Position numbers and translations under genes: made by a program. The notes below the pieces were generated by a model, which had not been told where the DNA came from, ran no database searches, and saw only the letters and a list, made by a program, of their open reading frames with translations. 64,000 nucleotides of DNA from Escherichia coli (GTDB taxonomy: Bacteria; Pseudomonadota; Gammaproteobacteria; Enterobacterales; Enterobacteriaceae): assembly GCF_965641715.1 (NCBI RefSeq), contig NZ_OZ282453.1. The stretch is one strand, 5' to 3'. Position 1 is the stretch's first letter. The number at the start of each line of letters is the position of its first letter. Shown piece by piece: positions 45,294 through 55,073 of the stretch.

Positions 45294-45722
45294 TTATTCA
45301 ATATCTATTCCTGTAATATCTTTTATCTTTTTCCTTGCAAAGCCTTTTGCTAGTGATTTTGAAACACTCATAAGTGTACTAATTCCCTCATCCTTAAAGT
45401 TTGTTTTTATAGCTTGCCAGACATCCTTTTGACGTAAGTCAGCAATAAAATCATGCCCTCTTGCTGTCAACCTCAGTGGTACTTCGATCCAACTATATCC
45501 AACACCTTCCCCTAACGCTTTGGACATTATATGACCGAACCCAGGTTTTCCATCAACCCTGACTATTAATTCGTAGTCACATAATAATCGCATATGGAAA
45601 ATAAAATCTTGGTCATATCTATTAAAGCCATTATCCTCTAGTTCACTAAGCATCGTGTCAGGGCCACGAGTTTTTTCGAATGCGATAAGTAGATCTTTTA
45701 GATATTGCTGGTCTAATTTCAT
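45294..45722 (-). CDS. Hypothetical prophage protein (142 aa)
   Basis: Clean ORF with coding-like composition; no family recognised. Confidence 0.5.
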   Translation of the reverse strand: MKLDQQYLKDLLIAFEKTRGPDTMLSELEDNGFNRYDQDFIFHMRLLCDYELIVRVDGKPGFGHIMSKALGEGVGYSWIEVPLRLTARGHDFIADLRQKDVWQAIKTNFKDEGISTLMSVSKSLAKGFARKKIKDITGIDIE

Positions 45723-45852
45723 TGCCGCCTCCGTGACATGTCACAGAGATTTATATCATTAATTTTGTTTCGTGCCAGCGTTTGGTCACCCAGCATTGTG
45801 AGTCACCATTACACGGGCATGAATTAACAGGAACTCTCTCGCCGCACTTACC

Positions 45853-46089
45853 TCAACGTTTTCTGCTGATCGATTTTATACGCCAGCGCACACGTGCATC
45901 ATCCTGGCGGCTCAGTAACGCGATGTACTCACCAAACTCGCAAGGCGCACGCCTGAAGCGACGCGTGGCACAGTTACGCTCCAGCATTTCAATTTCCTGA
46001 GCATCAAGTACAAGCTCCAGCTTACGCATACCGGATGATGCTTGCTTGGCTCTCCGATCGGCTTTGTGCTCTGTTGCTGATTTAGCCAT
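45853..46089 (-). CDS. Hypothetical small basic protein (78 aa)
   Basis: Arg/Lys-rich; more plausible than the overlapping ORFs on the other frames. Confidence 0.3.
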   Translation of the reverse strand: MAKSATEHKADRRAKQASSGMRKLELVLDAQEIEMLERNCATRRFRRAPCEFGEYIALLSRQDDARVRWRIKSISRKR

Positions 46090-46382
46090 TCTGCTTTTCC
46101 TGCATCAGGAGAAAGACAATCATGGCGGCGCGGATACTTCCGGTATCTTTTTACGCGATATTCCCCTTCAATGGCACATACAAGAAGAGAGCCATCAACA
46201 GGAGTGATTGAGGAATCGACAACCAGCAACGCTTAATTATCTATAGTGTCGTATTTGCTTCATAAAATATGGCGAATAACACAAAGCCCGCAGCAGCTCA
46301 TTGTGCGGGCTTTTCTTATACCTACTTCCTAGAGATAATTCTATGGAGGCATTAAATCAATACTGTCATTGGTAATATCATA

Positions 46383-46997
46383 TTATCTAAAAGTCTTTCC
46401 ACTTTTAACATCTAGGTATATTCTGTTCGACAACGTCATTCCTCCGCAATATGTGAAATAGATGTTTTCACCCTTATTGCTTGATGCCATCCACCCTCCG
46501 ATTTCCTTAAAATCGCTTTCCGTGCAGACCCCTTCATTTATTAACTTCCTAGCTGCCGAAGAAAACTCTTTTTTGTATATACGGTAGTCATCAGATCCTT
46601 TGATTAAAGTATCATCTCCGCTCGCATTTTCAGCAGGATCTGATGGCCTTTCACTGCTAAGATCACTAAGTTTAACCCATTCTGAAAACTTTCCATTAAC
46701 GATTCCATTTTTTCTTGTGCAGGATTTATTACCTTCTTTAATATATTCGCTTTCCCCTCCAACACATGAGGCTGAATATGGCTCAGTTATACGAACCCAT
46801 TCACCTTTTTTTTCTAGAAAATCTACGCCTTCCCTGAAAAATAGTTTCCCAGCCACTCCACATTTACTTGAAGGGCAGGTATGTCTTTCCGTTCGATCAA
46901 CAACAACCCATAGTTTTGATTCATTTTTTGCCATTGCCGATGGTATTTGAGATGAGACAATTAACGTAAGCCCTAAAATTAGTATTGATTTTTTCAT
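46383..46997 (-). CDS. Secreted Cys-containing protein of unknown function (204 aa)
   Basis: Signal peptide MKKSILILGLTLIVSSQIPSAMA/KN; several Cys in the mature part; low GC. Confidence 0.55.
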   Translation of the reverse strand: MKKSILILGLTLIVSSQIPSAMAKNESKLWVVVDRTERHTCPSSKCGVAGKLFFREGVDFLEKKGEWVRITEPYSASCVGGESEYIKEGNKSCTRKNGIVNGKFSEWVKLSDLSSERPSDPAENASGDDTLIKGSDDYRIYKKEFSSAARKLINEGVCTESDFKEIGGWMASSNKGENIYFTYCGGMTLSNRIYLDVKSGKTFR

Positions 46998-47295
46998 TGT
47001 AATTTCCTTTTACTTTTTACAAAGCGTTTAATCATGGCTGATTATCTCTAAGCGTAGTAACAGCCTTGTGCGAAACATGTTACCAAATCGCCATTTCAGT
47101 GTATCCGCAGTTAGGCTGCCACTTCAAGGATTCCTAATTACATGGTACGTAAGCGTAAAATCCCGTTGGTTGGCGGGTAATAACTCTGATCAAATCTCCC
47201 TTGTCTTTTGCTCTTACGTATGCAGCTCTTGTGTATTCAACCCAGGCCTCCAGTTCAGCAATACGCTTACTTCCATCCGAGATAACACCTTCTAC

Positions 47296-47547
47296 TCACG
47301 CTGCTCGTTGAGTTTTGATTTTTGCTGTCTCCAGCTCAACACGCAGTTTCCCCACCGTTAGCGCAATATCCTCGTTATCCTGGTCGCGGCGTTTGATGTA
47401 TTGCTGGTTTCTTTCCCGTTCATCCAGCAGTGTCAGCACAATCGATGGTGTTACCAGCTCATGGAAAAGGTCCGCGTCAAATCCCCAGTTGTCATGCATT
47501 GCCTGCTCTGCCGCTTCACGCAGTGCCTGAGAGTGAATTACGCTCAC
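47296..47547 (-). CDS. Hypothetical prophage early-region protein (83 aa)
   Basis: Acidic small protein; stop overlaps the downstream start. Confidence 0.5.
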   Translation of the reverse strand: MSVIHSQALREAAEQAMHDNWGFDADLFHELVTPSIVLTLLDERERNQQYIKRRDQDNEDIALTVGKLRVELETAKIKTQRAA

Positions 47548-47765
47548 TTCGAACCTCTCTGTTTACTGATAAGCTCCAGATATTCCTGGCAACTTGCACA
47601 AGTCCGACAACCCTGAACGGCCAGACGTCTTAGTTCATCTATCGGATCGCCACACTCACAACAATGAGTGGCAGATATAGCCTGGTGGTTCAGGCGGTGC
47701 ATTTTTATTGCTGTGTTGCGCTGTAATTCTTCAATTTCTGATGCTGAATCAATGATGTCTGCCAT
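47544..47765 (-). CDS. TraR/DksA-family C4 zinc-finger protein
   Basis: 73 aa with CxxC…CxxC (CCECGDPIDELRRLAVQGCRTCASC). Confidence 0.65.
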   Translation of the reverse strand: MADIIDSASEIEELQRNTAIKMHRLNHQAISATHCCECGDPIDELRRLAVQGCRTCASCQEYLELISKQRGSK

Positions 47766-47863
47766 CTTCCATTAATCCCTAAATTGTTGGTTAATACGCT
47801 TGAGGGTGAATGTGAACAATAAAAAAGGAGCCTGTAGCTCCCTGATGATTTTGCTTTTCATGT

Positions 47864-48145
47864 TCACCGTTCCTTAAAGACGCCGTTTAACATGCCGATC
47901 GCTAGGCTTAAATGAGTCGGTGTGAATCCCATCAGCGTTACCGTTTCGCGGTGCTTCTTTAGTACGCTACGGCAAATGTCATCGACGTTTTTATCCGGAA
48001 ACTGCTGTCTGGCTTTTTTGATTTCAGAATTAGCCTGACAGGCAATGCTGCGAAGGGCGTTTTCTTGCTGAGGTGTCACTGAACAAGCCCCATGTCGGCA
48101 AGCATAAGCACACAGAATATAAAGCCCGCTGCCAGAAAAATGCAT
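47864..48145 (-). CDS. Hypothetical prophage protein (93 aa)
   Basis: ORF in the operon upstream of exo; true start uncertain. Confidence 0.4.
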   Translation of the reverse strand: MHFSGSGLYILCAYACRHGACSVTPQQENALRSIACQANSEIKKARQQFPDKNVDDICRSVLKKHRETVTLMGFTPTHLSLAIGMLNGVFKER

Positions 48146-48155
48146 TCAGTGGTTG

Positions 48156-48347
48156 TCATACCTGGTCTCTCTCATCTGCTTCTGCTTTCGCCACCATCAT
48201 TTCCAGCTTTTGTGAAAGGGATGTGGCTAACGTATGAAATTCTTCGTCTGTTTCTACTGGTATTGGCACAAACCTGACTCCAATTTGAGCAAGGCTATGT
48301 GCCATCTCAATACTCGTTCTTAACTCAACAGGAGATGCTTTGTGCAT
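48156..48347 (-). CDS. Hypothetical small prophage protein (63 aa)
   Basis: Compact ORF in the same operon. Confidence 0.4.
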   Translation of the reverse strand: MHKASPVELRTSIEMAHSLAQIGVRFVPIPVETDEEFHTLATSLSQKLEMMVAKAEADERDQV

Positions 48348-48501
48348 ACCGCCTCCCGTTTATTATTTATCTTCTCAGCCAGCCGCTGTGCTTTCAGTGG
48401 ATTTCTGATAACAGAAAGGCCGGGAAATACCCAGCCTCGCTTTGTAACGGAGTAGACGAAAGTGATCGCGCCTACCCGGATATTATCGTGAGGATGCTTC
48501 A

Positions 48502-49179
48502 TCACCATTGCTCCCCAAATACAAAACCAATTTCAGCCAGTGCCTCGTCCATTTTTTCGATGAACTCCGGCACCATCTCGTCAAAACTCGCCATGTAATT
48601 TTCATCCCGCTCAACCACGACATAATGCAGGCCTTCACGCTTCATTCGTGGGTCATAGTTGGCAAAGTACCAGGCATCTTTTCGCGTCACCCACATGCTG
48701 TACTGCACCTGGGCCATGTAAGCCGACTTTATGGCCTCGAAACCACCGAGCCGGAATTTCATGAAATCCCGGGAGGTAAACGGGCATTTCAGTTCAAGGC
48801 CGTTGCCGTCACTGCATAAACCATCGGGAGAGCAGGCGGTGCGCATACTTTCGTCGCGATAGATGATCGGGGATTCAGTAACATTCACGCCGGAAGTGAA
48901 CTCAAAGAGGGCTCTGGCGTCGTTCTCGTACTGTTTTCCCCAGGCCAGCGCCTTAGCGTTAACTTCCGGAGCCACACCGGTGCAAACCTCGGCAAGCAGG
49001 GTGTGGAAGTAGGACATTTTCATGTCAGGCCATTTCTTTCCGGAGCGGGGTTTTGCTATCACATTGTGAACTTCTGAAGCGGTGATGACGCCGAGCCGTA
49101 ATTTGTGCCACGCATCATCCCCCTGTTCGACAGCTCTCACGTCGATCCCGGTACGCTGCAGGATAATGTCCGGTGTCAT
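48502..49179 (-). CDS. exo: Lambda exonuclease (Red-alpha)
   Basis: 225 aa, near-identical over its length to lambda Exo as remembered. Confidence 0.95.
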   Translation of the reverse strand: MTPDIILQRTGIDVRAVEQGDDAWHKLRLGVITASEVHNVIAKPRSGKKWPDMKMSYFHTLLAEVCTGVAPEVNAKALAWGKQYENDARALFEFTSGVNVTESPIIYRDESMRTACSPDGLCSDGNGLELKCPFTSRDFMKFRLGGFEAIKSAYMAQVQYSMWVTRKDAWYFANYDPRMKREGLHYVVVERDENYMASFDEMVPEFIEKMDEALAEIGFVFGEQW

Positions 49180-49961
49180 GCAGCCACCTTCTGTTCAGAG
49201 GCTTTCTGTTTCAGGAATCCAAGAGCTTTCACTGCTTCGGCCTGTGTCAGTTCTGACGATGCGCGAATGTCGCGGCGAAATATCTGGGAACAGAGCGGCA
49301 ATAAGTCGTCATCCCATGTTTTGTCCAGGGCAATCAGCAGAGTGTTAATCTCCTGCATGGTTTCATCGTTAACCGGAGTGATGTCGCGTTCCGGCTGACG
49401 TTCTGCAGTGTATGCGGTATTTTCGACAATGCGCTCGGCTTCATCCTTGTCATAGATACCCGCAAATCCGAAGGCCAGACGGGCACACTGAATCATGGCT
49501 TTATGCCGTAACATCCGTTTGGGATGCGACTGCCACGGCCCCGTAATTTCTCTGCCTTCGCGGGTTTTGAATGGTTCGCGGCGGCATTCATCCATCCACT
49601 CGGTAACGCAGATCGGATGATTACGGTCCTTGCGGTAAATCCGGCATGTACAGGATTCATTGTCCTGCTCAAAGTCCATGCCATCAAACTGCTGGTTTTC
49701 ATTGATGATGCGGGACCAGCCATCAACGCCCACCACCGGAACGATGCCATTCTGCTTATCAGGAAAGGCGTAAATTTCTTTCGTCCACGGATTAAGGCCG
49801 TACTGGTTGGCAACGATCAGTAATGCGATGAACTGCGCATCGCTGGCATCACCTTTAAATGCCGTCTGGCGAAGAGTGGTGATCAGTTCCTGTGGGTCGA
49901 CAGAATCCATGCCGACACGTTCAGCCAGCCTCCCTGCCAGCGTTGCGAGTGCTGTACTCAT
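49176..49961 (-). CDS. bet: Single-strand annealing protein (Red-beta)
   Basis: 261 aa matching lambda Bet; overlaps the exo start. Confidence 0.95.
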   Translation of the reverse strand: MSTALATLAGRLAERVGMDSVDPQELITTLRQTAFKGDASDAQFIALLIVANQYGLNPWTKEIYAFPDKQNGIVPVVGVDGWSRIINENQQFDGMDFEQDNESCTCRIYRKDRNHPICVTEWMDECRREPFKTREGREITGPWQSHPKRMLRHKAMIQCARLAFGFAGIYDKDEAERIVENTAYTAERQPERDITPVNDETMQEINTLLIALDKTWDDDLLPLCSQIFRRDIRASSELTQAEAVKALGFLKQKASEQKVAA

Positions 49962-49966
49962 CCGTT

Positions 49967-50263
49967 TTATACCTCTGAATCAATATCAACCTGGTGGTGA
50001 GCAATGGTTTCAACCATGTACCGGATGTGTTCTGCCATGCGCTCCTGAAACTCAACATCGTCATCAAACGCACGGGTAATGGCTTTTTTGCTGGCCCCGT
50101 GGCGTTGTAAATGATCGATGCAGAGTGATTCAAACAGGTGCTGGGGCAGACCTTTTTCCATGTCGTCTGCCAGTTCTGCCTCTTTCTCTTCACGGGCGAT
50201 CTGCTGGTAGTGACGCGCCCAGCTCTGAGCCTCAAGACGATCCTGAATGTAATAAGCGTTCAT
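49967..50263 (-). CDS. gam: Gam, RecBCD inhibitor
   Basis: 98 aa matching the lambda GamS core ([21 protein letters not shown]…). Confidence 0.9.
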   Translation of the reverse strand: MNAYYIQDRLEAQSWARHYQQIAREEKEAELADDMEKGLPQHLFESLCIDHLQRHGASKKAITRAFDDDVEFQERMAEHIRYMVETIAHHQVDIDSEV

Positions 50264-50338
50264 GGCTGAACTCCTGAAAATGGCTGTGAAAATATCGCCC
50301 GCGAAATGCCAGGCTGATTAGGAAAACAGGAAAGGGGG

Positions 50339-50482
50339 TTAGTGAATGCTTTTGCTTGATCTCAGTTTCAGTATTAATATCCATTTTTTATAAGCGTCGA
50401 CGGCCTCACGAAACATCTTTTCATCGCGAATAAAAGTGGCGATAGTGAATTTAGTCTGGATAGCCATAATTGTTTGATCCAT
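50339..50482 (-). CDS. kil: Kil, host FtsZ-directed killing protein
   Basis: 47 aa [17 protein letters not shown]… matches lambda Kil; the track ORF 50339..50608 is the same frame over-extended upstream. Confidence 0.8.
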   Translation of the reverse strand: MDQTIMAIQTKFTIATFIRDEKMFREAVDAYKKWILILKLRSSKSIH

Positions 50483-50615
50483 TTTTTGGGACTCCTGGCT
50501 GATTAAGTATGTCGATAAGGCGTTTCCATCCGTCACGTAATTTACGGGTGATTCGTTCAAGTAAAGATTCGGAAGGGCAGCCAGCAACAGGCCACCCTGC
50601 AATGGCATATTGCAT
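50451..50615 (-). CDS. cIII: CIII, FtsH inhibitor
   Basis: Hand-translated 54 aa [54 protein letters not shown]; overlaps the kil start. Confidence 0.8.
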   Translation of the reverse strand: MQYAIAGWPVAGCPSESLLERITRKLRDGWKRLIDILNQPGVPKNGSNNYGYPD

Positions 50616-50687
50616 GGTGTGCTCCTTATTTATACATAACGAAAAACGCCTCGAGTGAAGCGTTATTAGTATGCGGTAACGCAGCGC

Positions 50688-51056
50688 TCAGGCGGCTTTG
50701 ATAGTCATATCATCTGAATCAAATATTCCTGATGTATCGATATCGGTAATTCTTATTCCTTCGCTACCATCCATTGGAGGCCATCCTTCCTGACCATTTC
50801 CATCATTCCAGTCGAACTCACACACAACACCATATGCATTTAAGTCGCTTGAAATTGCTATAAGCAGAGCATGTTGCGCCAGCATGATTAATACAGCATT
50901 TAATACAGAGCCGTGTTTATTGAGTCGGTATTCAGAGTCTGACCAGAAATTATTAATCTGGTGAAGTTTTTCCTCTGTCATTACGTCATGGTCGATTTCA
51001 ATTTCTATTGATGCTTTCCAGTCGTAATCAATGATGTATTTTTTGATGATTGACAT
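50688..51056 (-). CDS. ea10: Ea10-like early protein
   Basis: 122 aa at the lambda ea10 position between cIII and ral. Confidence 0.7.
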   Translation of the reverse strand: MSIIKKYIIDYDWKASIEIEIDHDVMTEEKLHQINNFWSDSEYRLNKHGSVLNAVLIMLAQHALLIAISSDLNAYGVVCEFDWNDGNGQEGWPPMDGSEGIRITDIDTSGIFDSDDMTIKAA

Positions 51057-51238
51057 CTGTTCATATCCTCACAGATAAAAAATCGCCCTCACATTAGAGG
51101 GCAAAAAAGATTTCCAATAATCAGAACAAGTCGGCTCCTGTTTAATTATGAGCGACATTGCTCCGTGTATTCACTCGTTGGAATGAATGCACAGTGCAGT
51201 GTTTATTCTGTTGTTTATGCCAAAAATAAAGGCCACTA

Positions 51239-51439
51239 TCAGGCAGCTTTGTTGTTCTGTTTACCAAGTTCTCTGGCAATCATTGCCGTCGTTCGTATTG
51301 CCCATTTATCGACATATTTCCCATCTTCCATTACAGGAAACATTTCTTCAGGCTTAACCATGCATTCCGATTGCAGCTTGCATCCATTGCATCGCTTGAA
51401 TTGTCCACACCATTGATTTGTATCAATAGTCGTAGTCAT
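51239..51439 (-). CDS. ral: Ral, restriction alleviation protein
   Basis: 66 aa MTTTIDTNQWCGQFKRCNGCKLQSECMVKPEEMFPVMEDGKYVDKW… matches lambda Ral. Confidence 0.9.
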   Translation of the reverse strand: MTTTIDTNQWCGQFKRCNGCKLQSECMVKPEEMFPVMEDGKYVDKWAIRTTAMIARELGKQNNKAA

Positions 51440-51652
51440 ACGGATAGTCCTGGTATTGTTCCATCACATCCTGAGGATGCTCTTCGAACTCTTCAAATTC
51501 TTCTTCCATATATCACCTTAAATAGTGGATTGCGGTAGTAAAGATTGTGCCTGTCTTTTAACCACATCAGGCTCGGTGGTTCTCATGTACCCCTACAGCG
51601 AGAAATCGGATAAACTCTATTCACCCCTACAGAGAGCAAAAGAGAAACGCCG

Positions 51653-52234
51653 ATGAACAACTCATGGTGGCAGGAACTAATGCATTTTTTCCTGCAAGGA
51701 ATGACACTTAAACAGTTGATTCATATGCTAATCATCCTGATCATATTGATTATTGTTATGCCGGTAAGCGTAAAAGAATGGATAAACCTGCATAATCCAG
51801 AAATCCTTCCTCATTACTGGATGTATTACATCCTGTTGTTTTGCGTTAGCTATGTGCTTAACGGCGTTGTTAATTCCGCTTATCACGCTGTGACTGAAAG
51901 AATTGAGGTATCCGCTGCTCAGAAGCGCAAATCTAAAGAAGAAAAATATGTGCAAGATTTGTTTGATTCATTAACTCTTGGAGAAAGAGCGTATTTGGCA
52001 TTCGCTGTAGCCGCTAATAACCAGCTACAAACGGAAAAGGGAGCTCATGAATCAATTTCATTGCTCAAAAAAGGACTCCTCGTTCGAAGGCCTCCTGCTG
52101 TTGGATATCCTGATACTGACCGTTTCGTTATCCCTGAAAGCTATAGACATGAGTGCTACATTAGGTTTGCCGGGAAGGCAGACAGCCTTATGGATGAACT
52201 TATCGCTCAGGATAAGCATGGCAAAAACAAGTAA
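51653..52234 (+). CDS. sieB: Superinfection exclusion protein B
   Basis: 193 aa membrane protein (MNNSWWQELMHFFLQGMTLKQLIHMLIILIIL…) at the lambda sieB position and orientation. Confidence 0.8.
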   Translation: MNNSWWQELMHFFLQGMTLKQLIHMLIILIILIIVMPVSVKEWINLHNPEILPHYWMYYILLFCVSYVLNGVVNSAYHAVTERIEVSAAQKRKSKEEKYVQDLFDSLTLGERAYLAFAVAANNQLQTEKGAHESISLLKKGLLVRRPPAVGYPDTDRFVIPESYRHECYIRFAGKADSLMDELIAQDKHGKNK

Positions 52235-52250
52235 TTAGCAAATGAATTTA

Positions 52251-52523
52251 TCATCTCGCCGTCAGTTGTTTTGATTTCCGGTAGCCTGCCGCGTAAATGG
52301 CTACGTTTGGCAGGCAAATACTTCCACTGCATTCATCTGCCTTCTTGCAGCGAAGGCTTCCGAGTGATGCTGCTTTGTCTGCTCTGACGCAACCAGAGAG
52401 CTTTAGCGCAATTTTTCGCGCCAGTCGCTGTTCTTGCATTGCCTGCTCACGTTGAGCCTGTCTGCGTGCTCTGCGGCGATTTCTGGCGTTATCGTCAGCC
52501 AGATATGTAATGACTACTGCCAT
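52251..52523 (-). CDS. N-like early antiterminator (phage 21 type)
   Basis: 90 aa with N-terminal arginine-rich motif (NARNRRRARRQAQREQA) and …ARKIALKLSGCVRADKAASLGSLRCKKA…; first gene of the leftward early operon. Confidence 0.7.
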   Translation of the reverse strand: MAVVITYLADDNARNRRRARRQAQREQAMQEQRLARKIALKLSGCVRADKAASLGSLRCKKADECSGSICLPNVAIYAAGYRKSKQLTAR

Positions 52524-52699
52524 GTTGACCTCCGATGATTGACTTTGGCGGTGACGCGCCGGGTGCTTATCTTCCGGTTGCCGTCGTGCAGCTGCACTTC
52601 ACGTCACCCCAAAGCCAACTACTCTTTGGTTCCCGCATTTCGGCGGGACAATCCCATCAATGTTAAAGAGCCTGCCAATCTGTTCCGTTTGGCTACCAG

Positions 52700-52800
52700 C
52701 GTCCTGCTGATGACTTGAATTTAAGATTTCTTTAATTGTTGGTCAAGGGTGTTTTTGAAGAAAACTTAAATTTTATTGCGAAGTTTAAGTTTTGCTTTGA
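52700..52800. promoter_or_regulatory. pL/OL-like operator-promoter region
   Basis: P22-type 18-bp operator-like palindrome atttaagatttctttaat (52718-52735) and related cttaaa…tttaag elements upstream of N. Confidence 0.5.
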
Positions 52801-52811
52801 TTTTTAAAGGA

Positions 52812-52836
52812 AAGAAAAAAAGGGGCGAATGCCCCT
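52812..52836 (-). terminator. Intrinsic terminator directly downstream of the repressor gene
   Basis: ggggc-gaat-gcccc hairpin with T-run on the minus strand. Confidence 0.55.
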
Positions 52837-53486
52837 TATGGAAGGTTTGCTATTTTTGCATCGACAACTACACCGATGATTTTGCAGTTCCCGTTGATCT
52901 CAATCATCGGATATTGTGGGTTAAGTGGTTTTAGAAACCTTCTGCCAGCATCAATAACTAACTTCTTGAAAGTTGCCTCGTTTTCTCCTTCGAGCTTTGC
53001 CACTACCAGCTTCCCATTACGAGGTTCTACTTCTGGATCGACTAGTATTATCATCCCTTCCGGGATGCTAAGACCGGCTGGAGCCGTCATCGAATCACCC
53101 TTTACGTCCAGCCAAAACGAATCTTCTGAACAATCTACGGTTGTATCGTACCAGTTATCTATTGCACGCTTATGATATGGCTCTACAGCTTCCATCCAAC
53201 ATCCTGCGCTTACCCAACTAATTAGAGGATACGAACCTCTTGGATCATGCCTGCTGTGATAGGCAATGTTTGAAAGACTATCTTCTCCTTTCAACAAGTA
53301 ATCAGGGGAGCACTGTAAAGCCTTGGCTAAAGCCAATAGGTTTTCGCCATTGGGCTCAGTTTCAGAACGCTCCCATTGGGAAATAGCAACATTAGACACG
53401 CCAACCATCTTGCCAAGGGCAGCCTGCCTAATCTTAAGTTCTTTTCTGCGAGCGCGAATACGCTCACCCATCAGTTGTGTATTCAT
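52836..53486 (-). CDS. c2: CI-type immunity repressor (P22 c2-like)
   Basis: 216 aa: HTH (QAALGKMVGVSNVAISQWERSETEP) plus S24 LexA-like domain with Ser/Lys dyad; closely matches P22 C2 as remembered. Confidence 0.9.
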   Translation of the reverse strand: MNTQLMGERIRARRKELKIRQAALGKMVGVSNVAISQWERSETEPNGENLLALAKALQCSPDYLLKGEDSLSNIAYHSRHDPRGSYPLISWVSAGCWMEAVEPYHKRAIDNWYDTTVDCSEDSFWLDVKGDSMTAPAGLSIPEGMIILVDPEVEPRNGKLVVAKLEGENEATFKKLVIDAGRRFLKPLNPQYPMIEINGNCKIIGVVVDAKIANLP

Positions 53487-53566
53487 AGTTAAGACATCTT
53501 AAATAAACTTGACTTAAGATTCCTTTGATAGATAATTTAAGTGTTCTTTAATTTCGGAGCGAGTCT
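53487..53566. promoter_or_regulatory. OR/pR-pRM operator region between repressor and cro
   Basis: P22-type operator atttaagtgttctttaat (53536-53553) plus a second cttaaat…acttaag element. Confidence 0.6.
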
Positions 53567-53752
53567 ATGTACAAGAAAGATGTTATCGACCACTTCGGAA
53601 CCCAGCGTGCGGTAGCTAAAGCGTTAGGCATTAGCGATGCAGCAGTCTCTCAGTGGAAGGAAGTCATCCCAGAGAAAGACGCCTATCGACTGGAAGTCGT
53701 TACAGCTGGCGCCCTGAAGTATCAAGAAAGTGCTTATCGCAAAGCGGCATAA
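53567..53752 (+). CDS. cro: Cro repressor (P22-type)
   Basis: 61 aa HTH protein (MYKKDVIDHFGTQRAVAKALGISDAAVSQWKE…). Confidence 0.85.
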   Translation: MYKKDVIDHFGTQRAVAKALGISDAAVSQWKEVIPEKDAYRLEVVTAGALKYQESAYRKAA

Positions 53753-53860
53753 GCAAATTGCTCTTTAACAGTCATGGTCCTTATTCCCGCCGAAATGCGG
53801 GAATACAACGCGCATCAGTTGGTGCGTATAACTTCTTATTTGTTAAGGAAATACTTACAT

Positions 53861-54139
53861 ATGCAACTTACAAGTACTCGCAAGAAAGCGAATGCAATCA
53901 CAAGCAACATCCTGAATCGAATTGCTGTACGTGGTCAGCGAAAGGTTGCTGATGCATTAGGGATTAATGAATCGCAAATTTCGCGATGGAAAGACAGCTT
54001 TATCCCAAAGATGGCCATGCTTCTGGCTGTGCTGGAGTGGGGTGTTGAAGACGAGGAATTAGCAAAGCTAGCAAAGAAAGTAGCCATGGTGCTGACAAAA
54101 GAAAAGCCTCAAGACTGCTGCAACAGTTTTGAGGCCTGA
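53861..54139 (+). CDS. CII-like lysogeny establishment activator (P22 c1-like)
   Basis: 92 aa from the internal Met, with the QISRWK…IPKMAMLLAVLEWGV block shared with lambda CII; the track ORF starts at 53774. Confidence 0.75.
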   Translation: MQLTSTRKKANAITSNILNRIAVRGQRKVADALGINESQISRWKDSFIPKMAMLLAVLEWGVEDEELAKLAKKVAMVLTKEKPQDCCNSFEA

Positions 54140-54173
54140 TGTAGAAAGACTGGATCAATCCACAGGAGTCATT

Positions 54174-55073
54174 ATGACAAATACAGCAAAAATACTCAAC
54201 TTCGGCAGAGGTAACTTTGCCGGACAGGAGCGTAATGTGGCAGATCTCGATGATGGTTACGCCAGACTATCAAATATGCTGCTTGAGGCTTTTTCAGGCG
54301 CAGATCTGACCAAGCGACAGTTTAAAGTGCTGCTTGCCATTCTGCGTAAAACCTATGGGTGGAATAAACCAATGGACAGAATCACCGATTCTCAACTTAG
54401 CGAGATTACAAAGTTACCTGTCAAACGGTGCAATGAAGCCAAGTTAGAACTCGTCAGAATGAATATTATCAAGCAGCAAGGCGGCATGTTTGGACCAAAT
54501 AAAAACATCTCAGAATGGTGTATCCCTCAAAACGAGGGAAAATCCCCTAAAACGAGGGATAAAACATCCCTCAAATTGGGGGATTGCTATCCCTCAAAAC
54601 AGGGGGACACAAAAGACACTATTACAAAAGAAAAAAGAAAAGATTATTCGTCAGAGAATTCTGGCGAATCCTCTGACCAGCCAGAAAACGCTCTTTCTGT
54701 GGTTAAACCGGATGCTGCAATTCAGAGCGGCAGCAAGTGGGGGACAGCAGAAGACTTGACCGCCGCAGAGTGGATGTTTGACATGGTGAAGACTATCGCA
54801 CCATCAGCCAGAAAACCGAATTTTGCTGGGTGGGCTAACGATATCCGCCTGATGCGTGAACGTGACGGACGTAACCATCGCGACATGTGTGTACTGTTCC
54901 GCTGGGCATGCCAGGACAACTTCTGGTCCGGTAACGTGCTTAGCCCGGCCAAACTCCGCGACAAGTGGACCCAGCTCGAAATCAACCGTAACAAGCAACA
55001 GGCAGTCGTGACAGCCAGCAAACCAAAACTCGACCTGACAAACACAGACTGGATTTACGGGGTGGATCTATGA
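54174..55073 (+). CDS. O: Replication initiator O
   Basis: Start MTNTAKILNFGRGNF…; near-identical to lambda O as remembered; contains the ori iterons. Confidence 0.9.
   Translation: MTNTAKILNFGRGNFAGQERNVADLDDGYARLSNMLLEAFSGADLTKRQFKVLLAILRKTYGWNKPMDRITDSQLSEITKLPVKRCNEAKLELVRMNIIKQQGGMFGPNKNISEWCIPQNEGKSPKTRDKTSLKLGDCYPSKQGDTKDTITKEKRKDYSSENSGESSDQPENALSVVKPDAAIQSGSKWGTAEDLTAAEWMFDMVKTIAPSARKPNFAGWANDIRLMRERDGRNHRDMCVLFRWACQDNFWSGNVLSPAKLRDKWTQLEINRNKQQAVVTASKPKLDLTNTDWIYGVDL
54521..54608 (+). repeat. Origin of replication: four iterons inside O
   Basis: Four ~19-24 bp repeats of the form tccctcaaaacgaggga / tcccctaaaacgaggga / atccctcaaattggggga / atccctcaaaacaggggga. Confidence 0.85.

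Noticed and set aside
45912..46229. 105-aa minus-strand ORF and 72-aa plus-strand ORF (45782..46000)
   Set aside because: They overlap the more coding-like 78-aa frame; composition looks non-coding. Even the 78-aa call is low confidence.
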